Positions 50,607-60,832 of a DNA stretch of 64,000 bases are shown piece by piece; position 1 is the stretch's first letter, and each line of letters starts with the position of its first letter. Position numbers and translations under genes: made by a program. The notes below the pieces were generated by a model, which was not told where the DNA came from, searched no databases, and saw only the letters and a program-made list of their open reading frames with translations. Origin of the DNA: Terriglobia bacterium (GTDB lineage Bacteria > Acidobacteriota > Polarisedimenticolia > Polarisedimenticolales > JAIQFR01); the NCBI GenBank assembly GCA_963748015.1, contig CAVVHE010000009.1:573205-637204 (forward strand), read 5' to 3'.

Positions 50607-53600
50607 ATGGCCCCACGGGACGGTCCCGGTGACCGGTATTCCCTTCGGCGGGTCCTAGGCGAAGGGGGTGCCGGGCGCGTCTGGTTGGTGGAGGACAGCC
50701 TCCGCCCCGGGTCGCCGCTCGCGCTCAAGGAGCTTCACGCCGGGGACGCCGACCGCGTCCACCACGAAGAGGAGCTGCGGCGCGAGTTCGCGACGCTCGC
50801 GCGCCTCAAGCACCCGAACCTCGTCGAGGTCCACGAGTTCGACACCTCGCCCGACTCCGGACTGCCGCGCTTCACGCTGGAGTTCATCGAGGGACGCAGC
50901 ATCGTGGACGCGATCGCGCACGAGGGGCCGCGCCTCCTCGTGGAGCTCGCTGCCGAGGCGCTCCGCGCCCTCGCGTTCTTGCACGACTTCGGCCTGATCC
51001 ACCGCGATCTCAAGCCGGCGAACCTCCTCGTCCGCGACCGGCCGAAGCTCGGCTGCCGTCTCGTGATGGTGGACTTCGGCCTCGCGGAGCCCGGCGCGGG
51101 CGACCCGCTCGAGGCGCAGCGCGCGAAGGGGACGCTGCCGTACATGGCCCCCGAGCTGTTCCGCAACGAGCGCGCGGCCCCGCGCTCCGACCTGTACGCG
51201 CTCGGAGCGGTGCTGTTCGAGACGGTGCACGGTCATCCCCCGCTGGTCCCCTCGGGCCCCGATCTCTCCCGCTTCGTGCTCGCCGTGTCGGAAGGACGGC
51301 GCGCGCGCCCGCCGCTGCCCCCCGGGTTCCCGGCCGGGCTCGACACCTGGCTCGAGGAGCTGATGGCACCCGATCCCCTGCTCCGCCCGGCCACGGCCGG
51401 CGAAGCGCTCGCGCGTCTCAACGAGGCGTGCGGGACGCGCCTGCCCATCGACACTCCGGCCGGCCGCGCGGCGCGGCTCATGTCGGGGCCGCCCGCCGGG
51501 AGGGAGGCCGAGATCGAGGCGCTCGAGGCCGCCCTCGATCCCGCGGCCGGTCCGCGCGTGGTCTGGCTCGAAGGGGGGCCGGGCTCGGGGAAGTCGCGGA
51601 TCCTGCGCTGGCTGGAAGCGGAGGCGGTCCTCGACGGGTGGAGGGTCGTGTCGTCGGACCCGGAGCCGCTGCGGCTGCTCGACGGCCTGCGCGCGGCGGC
51701 GTCGCGGTCGCCGGTGCTCGTGACGCTCGACGACGCGGACGGCGCGGGGGGGAGCGCCGCAGAGTTCCTCGACAGGATCGCCCGGGAAAGAGACCGGACT
51801 CCGATCCAGGTCGTGGCCGCGATCCGCCCCGGCCCCGCCGCGCACCCGACGCTCCGGAAGCTCTTCCTGGACACCGGCACGGTGCCGACCCTGAGACGCG
51901 TCGAGCTGCCCCGGCTCGGTGCGGAGGCGATCCGCGCGATGGCGTCGCGCGCGGCGGGGGGCGCGGTTTCCGAGGAGCGGGTGCAGTGGCTTCTCGAGGC
52001 GTCGGAGGGGTCCTGCGGACGAGTCGACTCGCTCCTGATCTCGGGTGCGTGGGAGCGCGGAGGGCGGACGGCGAAAGGGGAGACGCGAGACGCGCTCGAG
52101 GCGGGTCGCATCGAGATGCTCGCTCCGGCCACGCGCGCGTGGATCGACTCCCTGGCCGTCCTCGAATCCGGCGCGCAGGACGCGGTCCTCCTCGGCCTTT
52201 CGGGACTCGATCCCGCCGACGGCCGCGCCGCCGCGGAGGAGGCCTCGGCCGCCGGCCTCGCCTACCGCAAGAAGGGGAAGTGGCACCCCGACTCGCGGGC
52301 GCTGGCCGAGCGGCTGCGGGCGGGCATGGAACCCGCCCGTCGCCGCGCTCTCCACCGCCGCGCCGCGGAGACCGTCGAGGCGGCCGAGGGCGAGGAGGCC
52401 GACGGCGCGATCCTCGCCCGGCTGTGGCACGAGGGCGGCGAGCGGGGGCGGGCGGCAGCGTGGGCGGAGCGGGCGGCAAGGCGGGCCGCCGCGTCGGGAG
52501 AGCCCGTGGAAGCGGCCTCGCTCTGGGCGCGCGCGCTGCGCGCCACGGGCCGCGAAAGGCCGGCTCGCTTCGAGCTTCGCCTGGGCCAGGCGCGTGCTCT
52601 CTCGGACGCGGGCCTTCACGAGGCGGCGGCGAGAGCCTGGGGAGCCGCTGCGCGGCTCGCGCCGGCGGCGGCGGAGCGGGCCGCGGCGCTCGCGCGGCAG
52701 GCGCACGCGCTGGTGCAGGCCGGGCGCTTCGAGCGGGCGCTCTCGGCCGCGGAGCGTGCCGCGGATCTCGCGGCGGCCGCCGGGAGCGCCGAGAGCGTCG
52801 CTCTCGCGAGGAAGGCGGCGGGCATCGTGCTCGGCCGCCTCGGGCGGGAGATCGAGGCGATCCCGGTCCTGAAGAGCGCGCTCGCGATGATCGAGGCGCG
52901 TGGAGATCTCGACGCCGAGGCCGATCTGCTGCAGCTCCTCGCCACGTGCAAGGTACGGCTGGGAGAGGAAGGCGCCGGGGCCGCGTTCCGCGACGCGGTC
53001 GAGCGCTACCGGCGCTCGCGGGGCGGCGCCGGCGAGCCCGGTGCGCAGGAGCTGAAGGCGCTCCTCGGGCTCGGTTTCCTCGAGGCTCGCGCGGGCAAGC
53101 GGGACGACGCCGTGCGCATCCTCCGGGAGGTCCGCGACGCGGCGGCCGCGCGCGGGAGCCTCGGGCTCGAGGAGGCGGCGCTCTCGCGTCTCGCGATGGT
53201 GGCGATCGATGCCGGCGAGCTGGACCGCGCGATCGCCCTCGCGGAGCAGGCCGCCGACCTCGCGCTCCATCTCGGCGACCCCAACCTTCTCCTCGTCGAC
53301 CAGTGCCGGCTCGCGGAGGCGCGCATTCGCTCCGGCCGCGCGGGAGACGCCGTGCCGCTGCTCCAGGAGGCGCTCGGACGGCCGCTGTCCCGGGTCGAGC
53401 CGGAGAACGCGGACTACGCGAGGATGCTGCTCGCGGACGCCTGGATGGAGGCCGGGAACGCCGACGAGAGCCGTGTCCGGGTCCTGCTCGAGGAGAGCCT
53501 CGCGAACTGCCGCGGGCGGAGCAAGCGGCGGCCGCTGCTCATGGCCCTCGCGGTCGAGCTGGAGCGCCGGGCGAGACCCGGCTGCCCGGACCCGTTCGAG

Positions 53601-55472
53601 CCGGTGTCGCTCGAGCTCGACGCGCTGGCGGCCGCCGGGGCCGAGCCCCTCGATCCCGAGATCGGGATCCGGAGCGCGCTCGCTCGTGCCGCCTGGCGGC
53701 TCGGGCGAGGGGACGCCGACACGGCCAGGTCCCTCGCGAGCGAGGCCGCGGAGGCCGCGCGCCGGGCGGGTGCCGCCGCGTTCGCGGCGCGCGCGCAGGC
53801 GTTGCTCGCTCGCGCCCTCGACCTCCTCGGCCTCGAGGAAGCGTCGGGCGCGGCCCTGCGCGAGGGGAGGAATCTCCTCGCCGAGGCGGCGGCCCGCATC
53901 TCCGACGAGGAGCTGCGCGCCGCCTTCCTCCTCCGCCCGGCGTTCGCTCCGCTCGAGGAGCGCGAGCGCGCCGCGGGTCGCGCGGCGGACCGCCGTCTCC
54001 GCGCTCTGTACGACATGATCCGGACGCTCAACTCCGAGACCGATCCCGAGGCGCTCCTCGAGACGATCCTCGACATGGCGCTCCGCGCGGTCGAGGCGGA
54101 GCGCGGGATGATCCTCCTCAAGGAAGACCGGGACGGCGCGGAAGGGGAGGAGCTCTCCGTCCGCCTCGCGCGGGGGCTCGAGACGGAAACGGTGCGGGAC
54201 GCGGAGTCGTACAGCCGCAGCGTCGTGGCCGCGGCCGGCGAGGGGCGCTCGCTCCTGGCCCTCGACGCCGGGAGCGATCCGCGCTTCCGCGATCTCAAGA
54301 GCGTCAGCCTCTACGGCATCCGCTCGCTGATGTGCGTCCCGCTGCGGTCGCGCGGGCGGATCGCCGGGACCGTCTACCTCGATTGCCGGCGCGGCGGCGC
54401 GCTGTTCACCGAGGACGACCTCCGGTTCGTCGAGGCCTTCGCGGACCACGCCGCTCTCGCCCTCGAGAACACCCGCGCCCGCGCGCGGCTCGAGCGGCGC
54501 AACCGCGAGCTCCAAGCGGCCGCGGAGGTCCGCACGTCGTTCGCGAGCCTCGTCGGGCGCTCGCCCGCGATGCAGCGGGTGTTCGACCTCGTCGAGAAGG
54601 TCGCGGCGACCGACCTCCCGGTGATGATCCACGGCGAGAGCGGGACCGGCAAGGAGCTGGTCGCGCGGGCGATCCACGCCCACGGCCCGCGCCGCCGCCG
54701 GACGTTCCTCACCGAGAACTGCGCCGCGATTCCCGAGACGCTTCTCGAGAGCGAGCTGTTCGGGCACGTGCGGGGGGCGTTCACCGGCGCGGAGCGCAGC
54801 CATCCCGGCCTGTTCGAGCAGGCCGACCACGGCACGCTCTTCCTGGACGAGGTCGGGGACATGTCGCGGGCGATGCAGGCCCGGCTGTTGCGGGTTCTCG
54901 AGGAAGGCGAGATCCGGCGGGTCGGCGCCGAGACGACCGCGAAGGTGGACGTCCGGGTCGTCACCGCGACCCACCGCGACCTCGCTGCCGAGACCAGGGC
55001 GGGGAGGTTCCGCGAGGACCTCCTCTACCGGCTGCAGGTCCTCACCGTCGAGCTGCCGCCTCTCAGGAAGCGGCCCGGCGACATCGCCCTCCTCGCGGAG
55101 CACTTCCTCGCGCGGATCGCCGGCGAGCGCGGCCGGTCCGCAACGGCGATCGACGACGAGGCGCTCGCGGCGTTCGAGCGGTACGCGTGGCCCGGCAACG
55201 TGCGCGAGCTGCAGAACGCGTTGCACCGCCTCGTGCTGCTCGCCGGGACCGGGCCGATCGGCGTGGACACGATCGAGTCCGACGCGCAGCTCCGCCGCGT
55301 CCTGCTCTCCGCCGCGCGCTCGGCGGACCCGACCTTCTCGCTCAGGGCGGCGGAGCGGGAGCAGATCCTCGCCGCGCTCGAAGCCGCTCGAGGGAACCGC
55401 AAACGCGCCGCGGGACTTCTCGGAGTGTCCCGGGCTACCTTCTACCGAAAGCTCGCCCGCCACCGGATCTGA
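50607..55472 (+). CDS. Ser/Thr kinase-AAA ATPase-TPR-GAF-sigma54 activator (Fis HTH) fusion
   Basis: LGEGGAGRV, ALKEL, HRDLKPAN, DFG, YMAPE; GGPGSGKS; Ala-rich TPR-like region; RSLMCVPL GAF; GESGTGKE, GAFTGA, FLDEVG, WPGNVRELQN, LGVSRATFYRKL. Confidence 0.93.
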   Translation: MAPRDGPGDRYSLRRVLGEGGAGRVWLVEDSLRPGSPLALKELHAGDADRVHHEEELRREFATLARLKHPNLVEVHEFDTSPDSGLPRFTLEFIEGRSIVDAIAHEGPRLLVELAAEALRALAFLHDFGLIHRDLKPANLLVRDRPKLGCRLVMVDFGLAEPGAGDPLEAQRAKGTLPYMAPELFRNERAAPRSDLYALGAVLFETVHGHPPLVPSGPDLSRFVLAVSEGRRARPPLPPGFPAGLDTWLEELMAPDPLLRPATAGEALARLNEACGTRLPIDTPAGRAARLMSGPPAGREAEIEALEAALDPAAGPRVVWLEGGPGSGKSRILRWLEAEAVLDGWRVVSSDPEPLRLLDGLRAAASRSPVLVTLDDADGAGGSAAEFLDRIARERDRTPIQVVAAIRPGPAAHPTLRKLFLDTGTVPTLRRVELPRLGAEAIRAMASRAAGGAVSEERVQWLLEASEGSCGRVDSLLISGAWERGGRTAKGETRDALEAGRIEMLAPATRAWIDSLAVLESGAQDAVLLGLSGLDPADGRAAAEEASAAGLAYRKKGKWHPDSRALAERLRAGMEPARRRALHRRAAETVEAAEGEEADGAILARLWHEGGERGRAAAWAERAARRAAASGEPVEAASLWARALRATGRERPARFELRLGQARALSDAGLHEAAARAWGAAARLAPAAAERAAALARQAHALVQAGRFERALSAAERAADLAAAAGSAESVALARKAAGIVLGRLGREIEAIPVLKSALAMIEARGDLDAEADLLQLLATCKVRLGEEGAGAAFRDAVERYRRSRGGAGEPGAQELKALLGLGFLEARAGKRDDAVRILREVRDAAAARGSLGLEEAALSRLAMVAIDAGELDRAIALAEQAADLALHLGDPNLLLVDQCRLAEARIRSGRAGDAVPLLQEALGRPLSRVEPENADYARMLLADAWMEAGNADESRVRVLLEESLANCRGRSKRRPLLMALAVELERRARPGCPDPFEPVSLELDALAAAGAEPLDPEIGIRSALARAAWRLGRGDADTARSLASEAAEAARRAGAAAFAARAQALLARALDLLGLEEASGAALREGRNLLAEAAARISDEELRAAFLLRPAFAPLEERERAAGRAADRRLRALYDMIRTLNSETDPEALLETILDMALRAVEAERGMILLKEDRDGAEGEELSVRLARGLETETVRDAESYSRSVVAAAGEGRSLLALDAGSDPRFRDLKSVSLYGIRSLMCVPLRSRGRIAGTVYLDCRRGGALFTEDDLRFVEAFADHAALALENTRARARLERRNRELQAAAEVRTSFASLVGRSPAMQRVFDLVEKVAATDLPVMIHGESGTGKELVARAIHAHGPRRRRTFLTENCAAIPETLLESELFGHVRGAFTGAERSHPGLFEQADHGTLFLDEVGDMSRAMQARLLRVLEEGEIRRVGAETTAKVDVRVVTATHRDLAAETRAGRFREDLLYRLQVLTVELPPLRKRPGDIALLAEHFLARIAGERGRSATAIDDEALAAFERYAWPGNVRELQNALHRLVLLAGTGPIGVDTIESDAQLRRVLLSAARSADPTFSLRAAEREQILAALEAARGNRKRAAGLLGVSRATFYRKLARHRI

Positions 55473-55672
55473 TCTCCCGGAGTCGCCTCCCGATTCGACC
55501 CGTACCCGTCTAGTCTATTAACTCCAATCACGACAATAATTTAAATAGTTCATATTCACTAACCATTCTATGACTATTGCATTTTCATTTTCGAAATATA
55601 GATTTTGACCTCGAGACGAGTAGCCAGGTAACCGGAGGGATGCATGTAGTCGACAAGCAAGGAGCTCTGACC

Positions 55673-56026
55673 ATGAAACCCACTCCTGGAGTGCTGCGGC
55701 GATGGACGGTCCTGGTCGGGATATTGATCCTGGCAGCGGGGACCGGTCCGGCGGCCATGGCGGCGGGCCAACGCGACCTGCCGCTCCGCGTCGTCGGGCT
55801 GACCGTGGGGGGCAGCGGGCTCGAGATCGCGGTCTCGAACCCCGCGCCGGAGCGCCGGCAGGTCACCGTAGTCGTACGGGCCCTGCTGGGGGATCGGATG
55901 ACGGACATTCCGGTGTCCGTCGTGATCCCGGGGGGTCAGAAATCCTTCATTGTCATCCCACCGCCGGCGCCGGGCCGGCGGTTCACCCCTCTCGGCGTCA
56001 TCCTCGACGACGGGACTCCGTTCTGA
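55673..56026 (+). CDS. Small hypothetical secreted protein
   Basis: AAGGAG RBS; signal peptide; Ig-like strands; ends GVILDDGTPF; preceded by an AT-rich tract 55510-55607. Confidence 0.7.
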   Translation: MKPTPGVLRRWTVLVGILILAAGTGPAAMAAGQRDLPLRVVGLTVGGSGLEIAVSNPAPERRQVTVVVRALLGDRMTDIPVSVVIPGGQKSFIVIPPPAPGRRFTPLGVILDDGTPF

Positions 56027-56069
56027 TCGTCGCGCCGGGAGTTCGACGGCGGACTCCCGGCGCAGCCCA

Positions 56070-57822
56070 TCACGAGAGCGTCGCCGTCCAGTCCACCGAG
56101 GCGATCAATCCGCCCTCGCCCGCCGGCTTCTCCATCCGCTTCCCGCGATCCATCGCGCGCCGGACGTCCCGCTCGAGGTCGGGAGGCCACTTCCCGTCGC
56201 GGAGGGGAGCCCAGGCGACCGACGAGGTCGGCCCGAGCACGCGGCGATCTCCCTCGACGGTCACCGGCGCGGGAACGAACACGAGACGCGCACTCGACGC
56301 TTCGAGGGTGGACGCGAGCAGGCTCTTGAGGACCACCGGGTTCAGCCGGGTCTGGATCGCCTTCGGAAGGAGTCCGGGTAGGAGGCGAGGAAGGAGCGGC
56401 CGGAGGGTTTCCCACTTCACGCCGGGAAGCAGGACCCGGTTGGCTTTCGCCACCGGCTCCTCGATGAAGAAGCGGCGCTCGCCGCATTCCGGCGCGGTGC
56501 GCGTGAGGGCCTCGCCCCACTCGAACGCCCAGGCGTCGTAACGGCTCACGGTCAGGACGTCGAACGCGGGTATCCAGCACGAGGTCAGCTCGGCCGGGAG
56601 CGGCGGCGAGTGCGGACCCGCCGCGGGCATCACCTCGCGCAGCAGCGCGCCGAGGCCGGGGAGACGCTTCCCCCCGCGGGCGGCGGAGAGCTCCACGCGG
56701 AAGAAAGGCAGCCAAACGACGTCGGGGCGACCACCTGGAGGGCCACCAGGGAATGGAGGCGCGGTCCACCACGGCGTACGGCCGGGATTTGAGCCCGTCC
56801 GGCCCGGGCTCGAGGAGCTTCCCGCAGTTCGAGCAGAGCTGCAGCTCTCCGCGCTCGTTCAGGGTCACGTCGGCGGCGCACTCCGGGCAGCGGAACCCGA
56901 TCGCGCGGAGCGCCGTGGCTCGCACCTCCTTCGCCTCGAGCGGCGTCCAGGCCCGCCCGGTGACGCGCCGCACCTCGCCCTCCTCGGGGTAACCCGCCAC
57001 GTTCGCGAACTGTCCGTCCACGAGGAACCAGCGGTCGCCCATCGGAGTTCTCGCGTGCACGTAATGGAACGGGCGGAACACCCACCAGAGACCGGACGTG
57101 ACGAGTGCCGACTCGAACGAGATGGGGTCGAGATCCGGCTCGATCAGCAGCCGCTGGGCTCGCCAGCGCCGCGTGACCTTCTCGATGTCCACCGTCACGT
57201 CGCGCATCCGGATCGGCCGCGCGGCGAGGTCCTCCGCAGAGAGCGTGCGGAACCGCTGCCGCGCGACCCAGAGACCGCGGTCGCGGAAATCCCACGGGGC
57301 GGGATAGGCGGGGGCGATCTCCTCCGCGACGAAGAAGAGGGTGCGGTACTCCTTGCGCGCGGCCTCGCGCGAGCGCCCGAGGGCGTGGAACGCGAGCGTG
57401 ACGGAGGCCAGGAGATAGGGCGCGAGCACCTTGTGATCGGCCTCGAGCGCGAACAGGTGCCGTCGCTCCGCCTTGAGCTCGTTCACCCCCGGGAGGGTCG
57501 GGTCGTCGGCCATGTCCACGACGGGCCCGTTCGCGCTCCCGCGGTCCGCCCTCAGGCTCGCGATGCGGCTGCGCTCCCTCAGGGCGTCGAGCGTCTGGAG
57601 CACGTCGAGCAGCGCCTCGGGCCGGCCGGTCGCATCCTCCGCGGCGAGGTACCCGGGTCGGCCTTCTTCCCTCGGCCACCAGAGGGCCGAGCCGCAGTAG
57701 TCGCAGCGCCGCAACGCCTGGAGCAGCCGCCACGCGTTGCCGCCGCCGCACTCGGGGCACGCGGCGACCACCTCGAGACGATCGATCGCCTCCGCGCGGC
57801 CCGGTCTCGTCGAGGTCGGCAT
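56070..57822 (-). CDS. Hypothetical double zinc-ribbon protein; one frameshift near 56730
   Basis: CPECGG...CDYCGS and CPECAA...CSNCG pairs; frame continues as PDVVWLPFFRVELS. Confidence 0.65.
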
Positions 57823-57992
57823 CCGGTCCCTCCCGTGAAGGGAGAATCTAGGTGCGGGAGGGTCCGGAAGCCCGTCGAGGGGGGTGCCGGGCCCGTGACA
57901 CGCCGAGGCAGGCCCGTTCACCGGCCTTGCGTCGGCGGTCCGCGAGGGGGAAACTTCTCCGCGCGCGGTCACCCGCGCGGAGAGGAGCACCC

Positions 57993-58412
57993 ATCCGGCA
58001 GCAGGCGACCACCTTCGATCTCGAGACCCGCGGGCGCGGCCTCCTCGAGTTCACCGAACGGGTCGCGGAGTGGGTTCGCTCCTCCGGGATCGCGACGGGA
58101 CTTCTGACCCTTCACGTCCAGCACACCTCGGCGTCGCTCCTGATCCAGGAGAACGCCGACCCGACGGTACGGGGCGACCTCGACCGGTTCCTCGCGCGCC
58201 TGGCACCCGACGGCGACCCGATCTACGAGCACGACGACGAGGGGCCGGACGACATGTCCGCGCACGTCCGCTCGGCGCTGACCGCGACGACGCTCTCCAT
58301 CCCGGTCGCCTGGGGAAAGCCGGCCCTCGGTACCTGGCAGGGGATCTACCTCTACGAGCACCGGCGCTCGCCTCACCGCCGCCGGGTCGCCGCCCACCTG
58401 ATCGGGGAATAA
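57993..58412 (+). CDS. yjbQ: YjbQ / UPF0047 secondary thiamine-phosphate synthase family protein
   Basis: HTSASLLIQENADPTV, HDDEGPDDMSAH, LGTWQGIYLYEHR; apparent start codon is ATC after GAGGAG. Confidence 0.9.
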   Translation: MRQQATTFDLETRGRGLLEFTERVAEWVRSSGIATGLLTLHVQHTSASLLIQENADPTVRGDLDRFLARLAPDGDPIYEHDDEGPDDMSAHVRSALTATTLSIPVAWGKPALGTWQGIYLYEHRRSPHRRRVAAHLIGE

Positions 58413-58428
58413 CGCAGCGGGGCCACAA

Positions 58429-58512
58429 GGCCGGCGCGTCCGGAGCTGGGAGTGTTCGAGACAGCCCTTTTTCGGGCTGGCGAGGACACTCCCAGCTCCG
58501 GACGCGCCGGCC
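58429..58512. repeat. Hairpin element between convergent genes (27-bp arms)
   Basis: GGCCGGCGCGTCCGGAGCTGGGAGTGT (58429-58455) / exact reverse complement (58486-58512); inner CAGCCC-TTTTTC-GGGCTG. Confidence 0.9.
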
Positions 58513-58577
58513 GCTGTCGGCGCAACGACGAGCGAGGCCGAGGACGAGCGGCACGGATCGCGGGTGGGGGTGGCGCG

Positions 58578-58892
58578 CTACTTCACGTACGAGCAGCAGT
58601 AGTCGGCGACCTCGCGCACCTTGAGCCGGAACTTCGAGTTGGCCGGAACGTCGTACGACTGCCCGGCCCCGAAGGTGGTCCACGTCGCGCTCCCGGGCAG
58701 GAGCACGTCCATCGAGCCGCCGAGGACCTCCATGATCTCCTTGTCGGCGGTGCCGAACTCGTACTCGCCGGGCATCATGATCCCGAGCGTCTTCTTCGAT
58801 CCGTCCTCGAAAAGGACGGTGCGGCTCGTGACCTTCCCCTCGTAGTAGACGTTGGCCTTCTTGACGACCGTCACCTTCTCGAATCGATCCAT
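58578..58892 (-). CDS. ppnP: Pyrimidine/purine nucleoside phosphorylase (DUF1255)
   Basis: [13 protein letters not shown]...[20 protein letters not shown]...YCCSY. Confidence 0.9.
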   Translation of the reverse strand: MDRFEKVTVVKKANVYYEGKVTSRTVLFEDGSKKTLGIMMPGEYEFGTADKEIMEVLGGSMDVLLPGSATWTTFGAGQSYDVPANSKFRLKVREVADYCCSYVK

Positions 58893-58920
58893 GGTCTGCG
58901 CTCCTCGTCGGCGATGAGGT

Positions 58921-59394
58921 TCAATGCCCCCCGCCCGCGATCATCTTCACGGCGTGGGGGAGAATCGGAAGCAAGAAGTCGATGCCGTCGCGGACGGCCT
59001 TCAAGCTCCCGGGCAGGTTCACGATCAGCGTCGACCCTCGCAGGCCCGCCGCGCCGCGAGAGAGGCACGCGTGGGGGGTCTTCTTCATCCCGTCCGCGCG
59101 GAGCGCCTCGACGAGGCCGGAGGCGACGCGGTCGACGACGGCGTACGTGGCTTCCGGCGTGCGATCCCGCGCCGAGAAGCCGGTTCCCCCTGTCGTCAGG
59201 ACGACGTCGATGTTCAGGTCGTCGGCCCACTGCCGGAGGAGATTCGCGATCGCCTCGATCTCGTCGGGAACGACCCCGGTCGTGACGATCTCGAAGCCCG
59301 AGGCCGCGAGGCGCTCGCGGATGTGCGGGCCGGTCTCGTCGGTCCGGGTGCCTTGCGCGCACCCGTCGCTCACGGTCAGGACGGCGGCCCTCAC
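58921..59394 (-). CDS. mog: Molybdopterin adenylyltransferase MogA/MoaB
   Basis: [34 protein letters not shown]. Confidence 0.9.
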   Translation of the reverse strand: MRAAVLTVSDGCAQGTRTDETGPHIRERLAASGFEIVTTGVVPDEIEAIANLLRQWADDLNIDVVLTTGGTGFSARDRTPEATYAVVDRVASGLVEALRADGMKKTPHACLSRGAAGLRGSTLIVNLPGSLKAVRDGIDFLLPILPHAVKMIAGGGH

Positions 59395-59867
59395 CGCGGC
59401 TCTCCGGCGACGCGGACCTCGATCGGGTCGCCGGCCGCGATCGTCCCCGGCTTCGTCACCCGCGCGAAGATCCCCTCGCGGGGCATGACGCAGTCGCCCA
59501 CCTGGCGACGTATCTCGCAGCCGAGGTGGCATTCCTTTCCGATCTGCGTGACCCGCAGCTCGGCCGTAGCGCCGATGCGCAGGGTCGATCCCACGGGAAG
59601 GCCCGCCAGATCGATCCCCGCGGTCGTGAGGTTCTCTCCGAAGTCGCCCGGCGCGAGGACGAGGCCCGAAGCGGGCATCTTCGCGACGCTCTCTCGCGCC
59701 AGCAGGCTGACCTGCCGGTCCCAATCGCCGCCGTGGGCATCGCCCTCGACGCCGAAGCTCGCCACCAGGACGGCTCGGCCGACGGAGTGCTTCCGCGTCC
59801 CCTTCGATTCCGAGACGTTCACCGACACCACGCGCGCGCCCACGTCCGCACTCCGAGCCATCGTCAT
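59391..59867 (-). CDS. MOSC domain protein
   Basis: GVEGDAH...RQVSLL, PGDFGENLTT, TQIGKECHLGC, CVMPREGIFARV. Confidence 0.9.
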   Translation of the reverse strand: MTMARSADVGARVVSVNVSESKGTRKHSVGRAVLVASFGVEGDAHGGDWDRQVSLLARESVAKMPASGLVLAPGDFGENLTTAGIDLAGLPVGSTLRIGATAELRVTQIGKECHLGCEIRRQVGDCVMPREGIFARVTKPGTIAAGDPIEVRVAGEPR

Positions 59868-60832
59868 CCTCCGATCTGGGACATCCTGCGCCCGAGGTTC
59901 CCGGCGCCCAACGGCCTGCCTTCCGGCTTCTCCGCGATCGCCTCGTGCAGGAGCGCGCGGAGTCGCTGGCGATCGGGCGCGGGCCTGAGCGCGGGCATGA
60001 GGTCGATCTCGCGAGCGTCGAAGAGGCAGAGGCGAAGGTGGCCGTCCGCGGTCAGCCGCAGCCGGTTGCAGCCGCCGCAGAAGTGGCCGCTCATCGAGGC
60101 GATGAAGGCGAAACTCCCCGGCGCGCCTGGGATTCTGAGCGCCCGCTCCGCGGGACCGTTGCCGGGCGACCTCTCCGCCTCCTCGAACGGTCCGTGCGCC
60201 TCGACCCTGGCACGGAACTCCGCGGCCGGCACGAACCATCGGTCCGACGGAACCGGCCCGATCGGCATGTACTCGATGAACCGCACCTCGACCGGGTGCC
60301 CGCGGGTGAGCTCGAGGAACGGAGCCGGGTCGTCGTTGACGCCGCGCTGCAAGACCACGTTGATCTTCACCGGATCGAACCCCGCCGCGACGGCGGCCCG
60401 GACCCCGTCGAGCGCGGTCGCGAGCTCCCCGCCCCGCGTGAGCTCGCGGTACGTCTCCGGATCGAGGCTCGACAGCCCGATGTTGATGCGGGCGAGCCCC
60501 GCCTCCCGCAGCGGCCCGGCCAGCTCCGGCAGCAGGATGCCGTTCGTGGTCAGGGCGAGGTCCAGGAGCCCGCGGATCCCGGCCAGCTGGCGCACGAGCG
60601 AGACGATCCCGCGGCGCAGCAGCGGCTCGCCGCCGGTTACCCGCGCGCTCGTGATCCCCTCCTCGACCGCGACCCGCACGAGCGCCTCGATCTCCTCGTA
60701 GCTCAGGATGTCGCGGCGGTCGAGGAGCGGGACTCCCTCCTCCGGCAGGCAGTAGCGGCACCGGAGCTGGCAGCGGTCCGTGACCGAGATCCGGAGGTGG
60801 CTGATCGTCCTCCCGCTCGCATCGACGGGCAT
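59864..60832 (-). CDS. moaA: GTP 3',8-cyclase MoaA (radical SAM)
   Basis: LRISVTDRCQLRCRYC, TGGEPLLR, FCGGCNRLRLTADG, terminal MSQIGG. Confidence 0.95.
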   Translation of the reverse strand: MPVDASGRTISHLRISVTDRCQLRCRYCLPEEGVPLLDRRDILSYEEIEALVRVAVEEGITSARVTGGEPLLRRGIVSLVRQLAGIRGLLDLALTTNGILLPELAGPLREAGLARINIGLSSLDPETYRELTRGGELATALDGVRAAVAAGFDPVKINVVLQRGVNDDPAPFLELTRGHPVEVRFIEYMPIGPVPSDRWFVPAAEFRARVEAHGPFEEAERSPGNGPAERALRIPGAPGSFAFIASMSGHFCGGCNRLRLTADGHLRLCLFDAREIDLMPALRPAPDRQRLRALLHEAIAEKPEGRPLGAGNLGRRMSQIGG

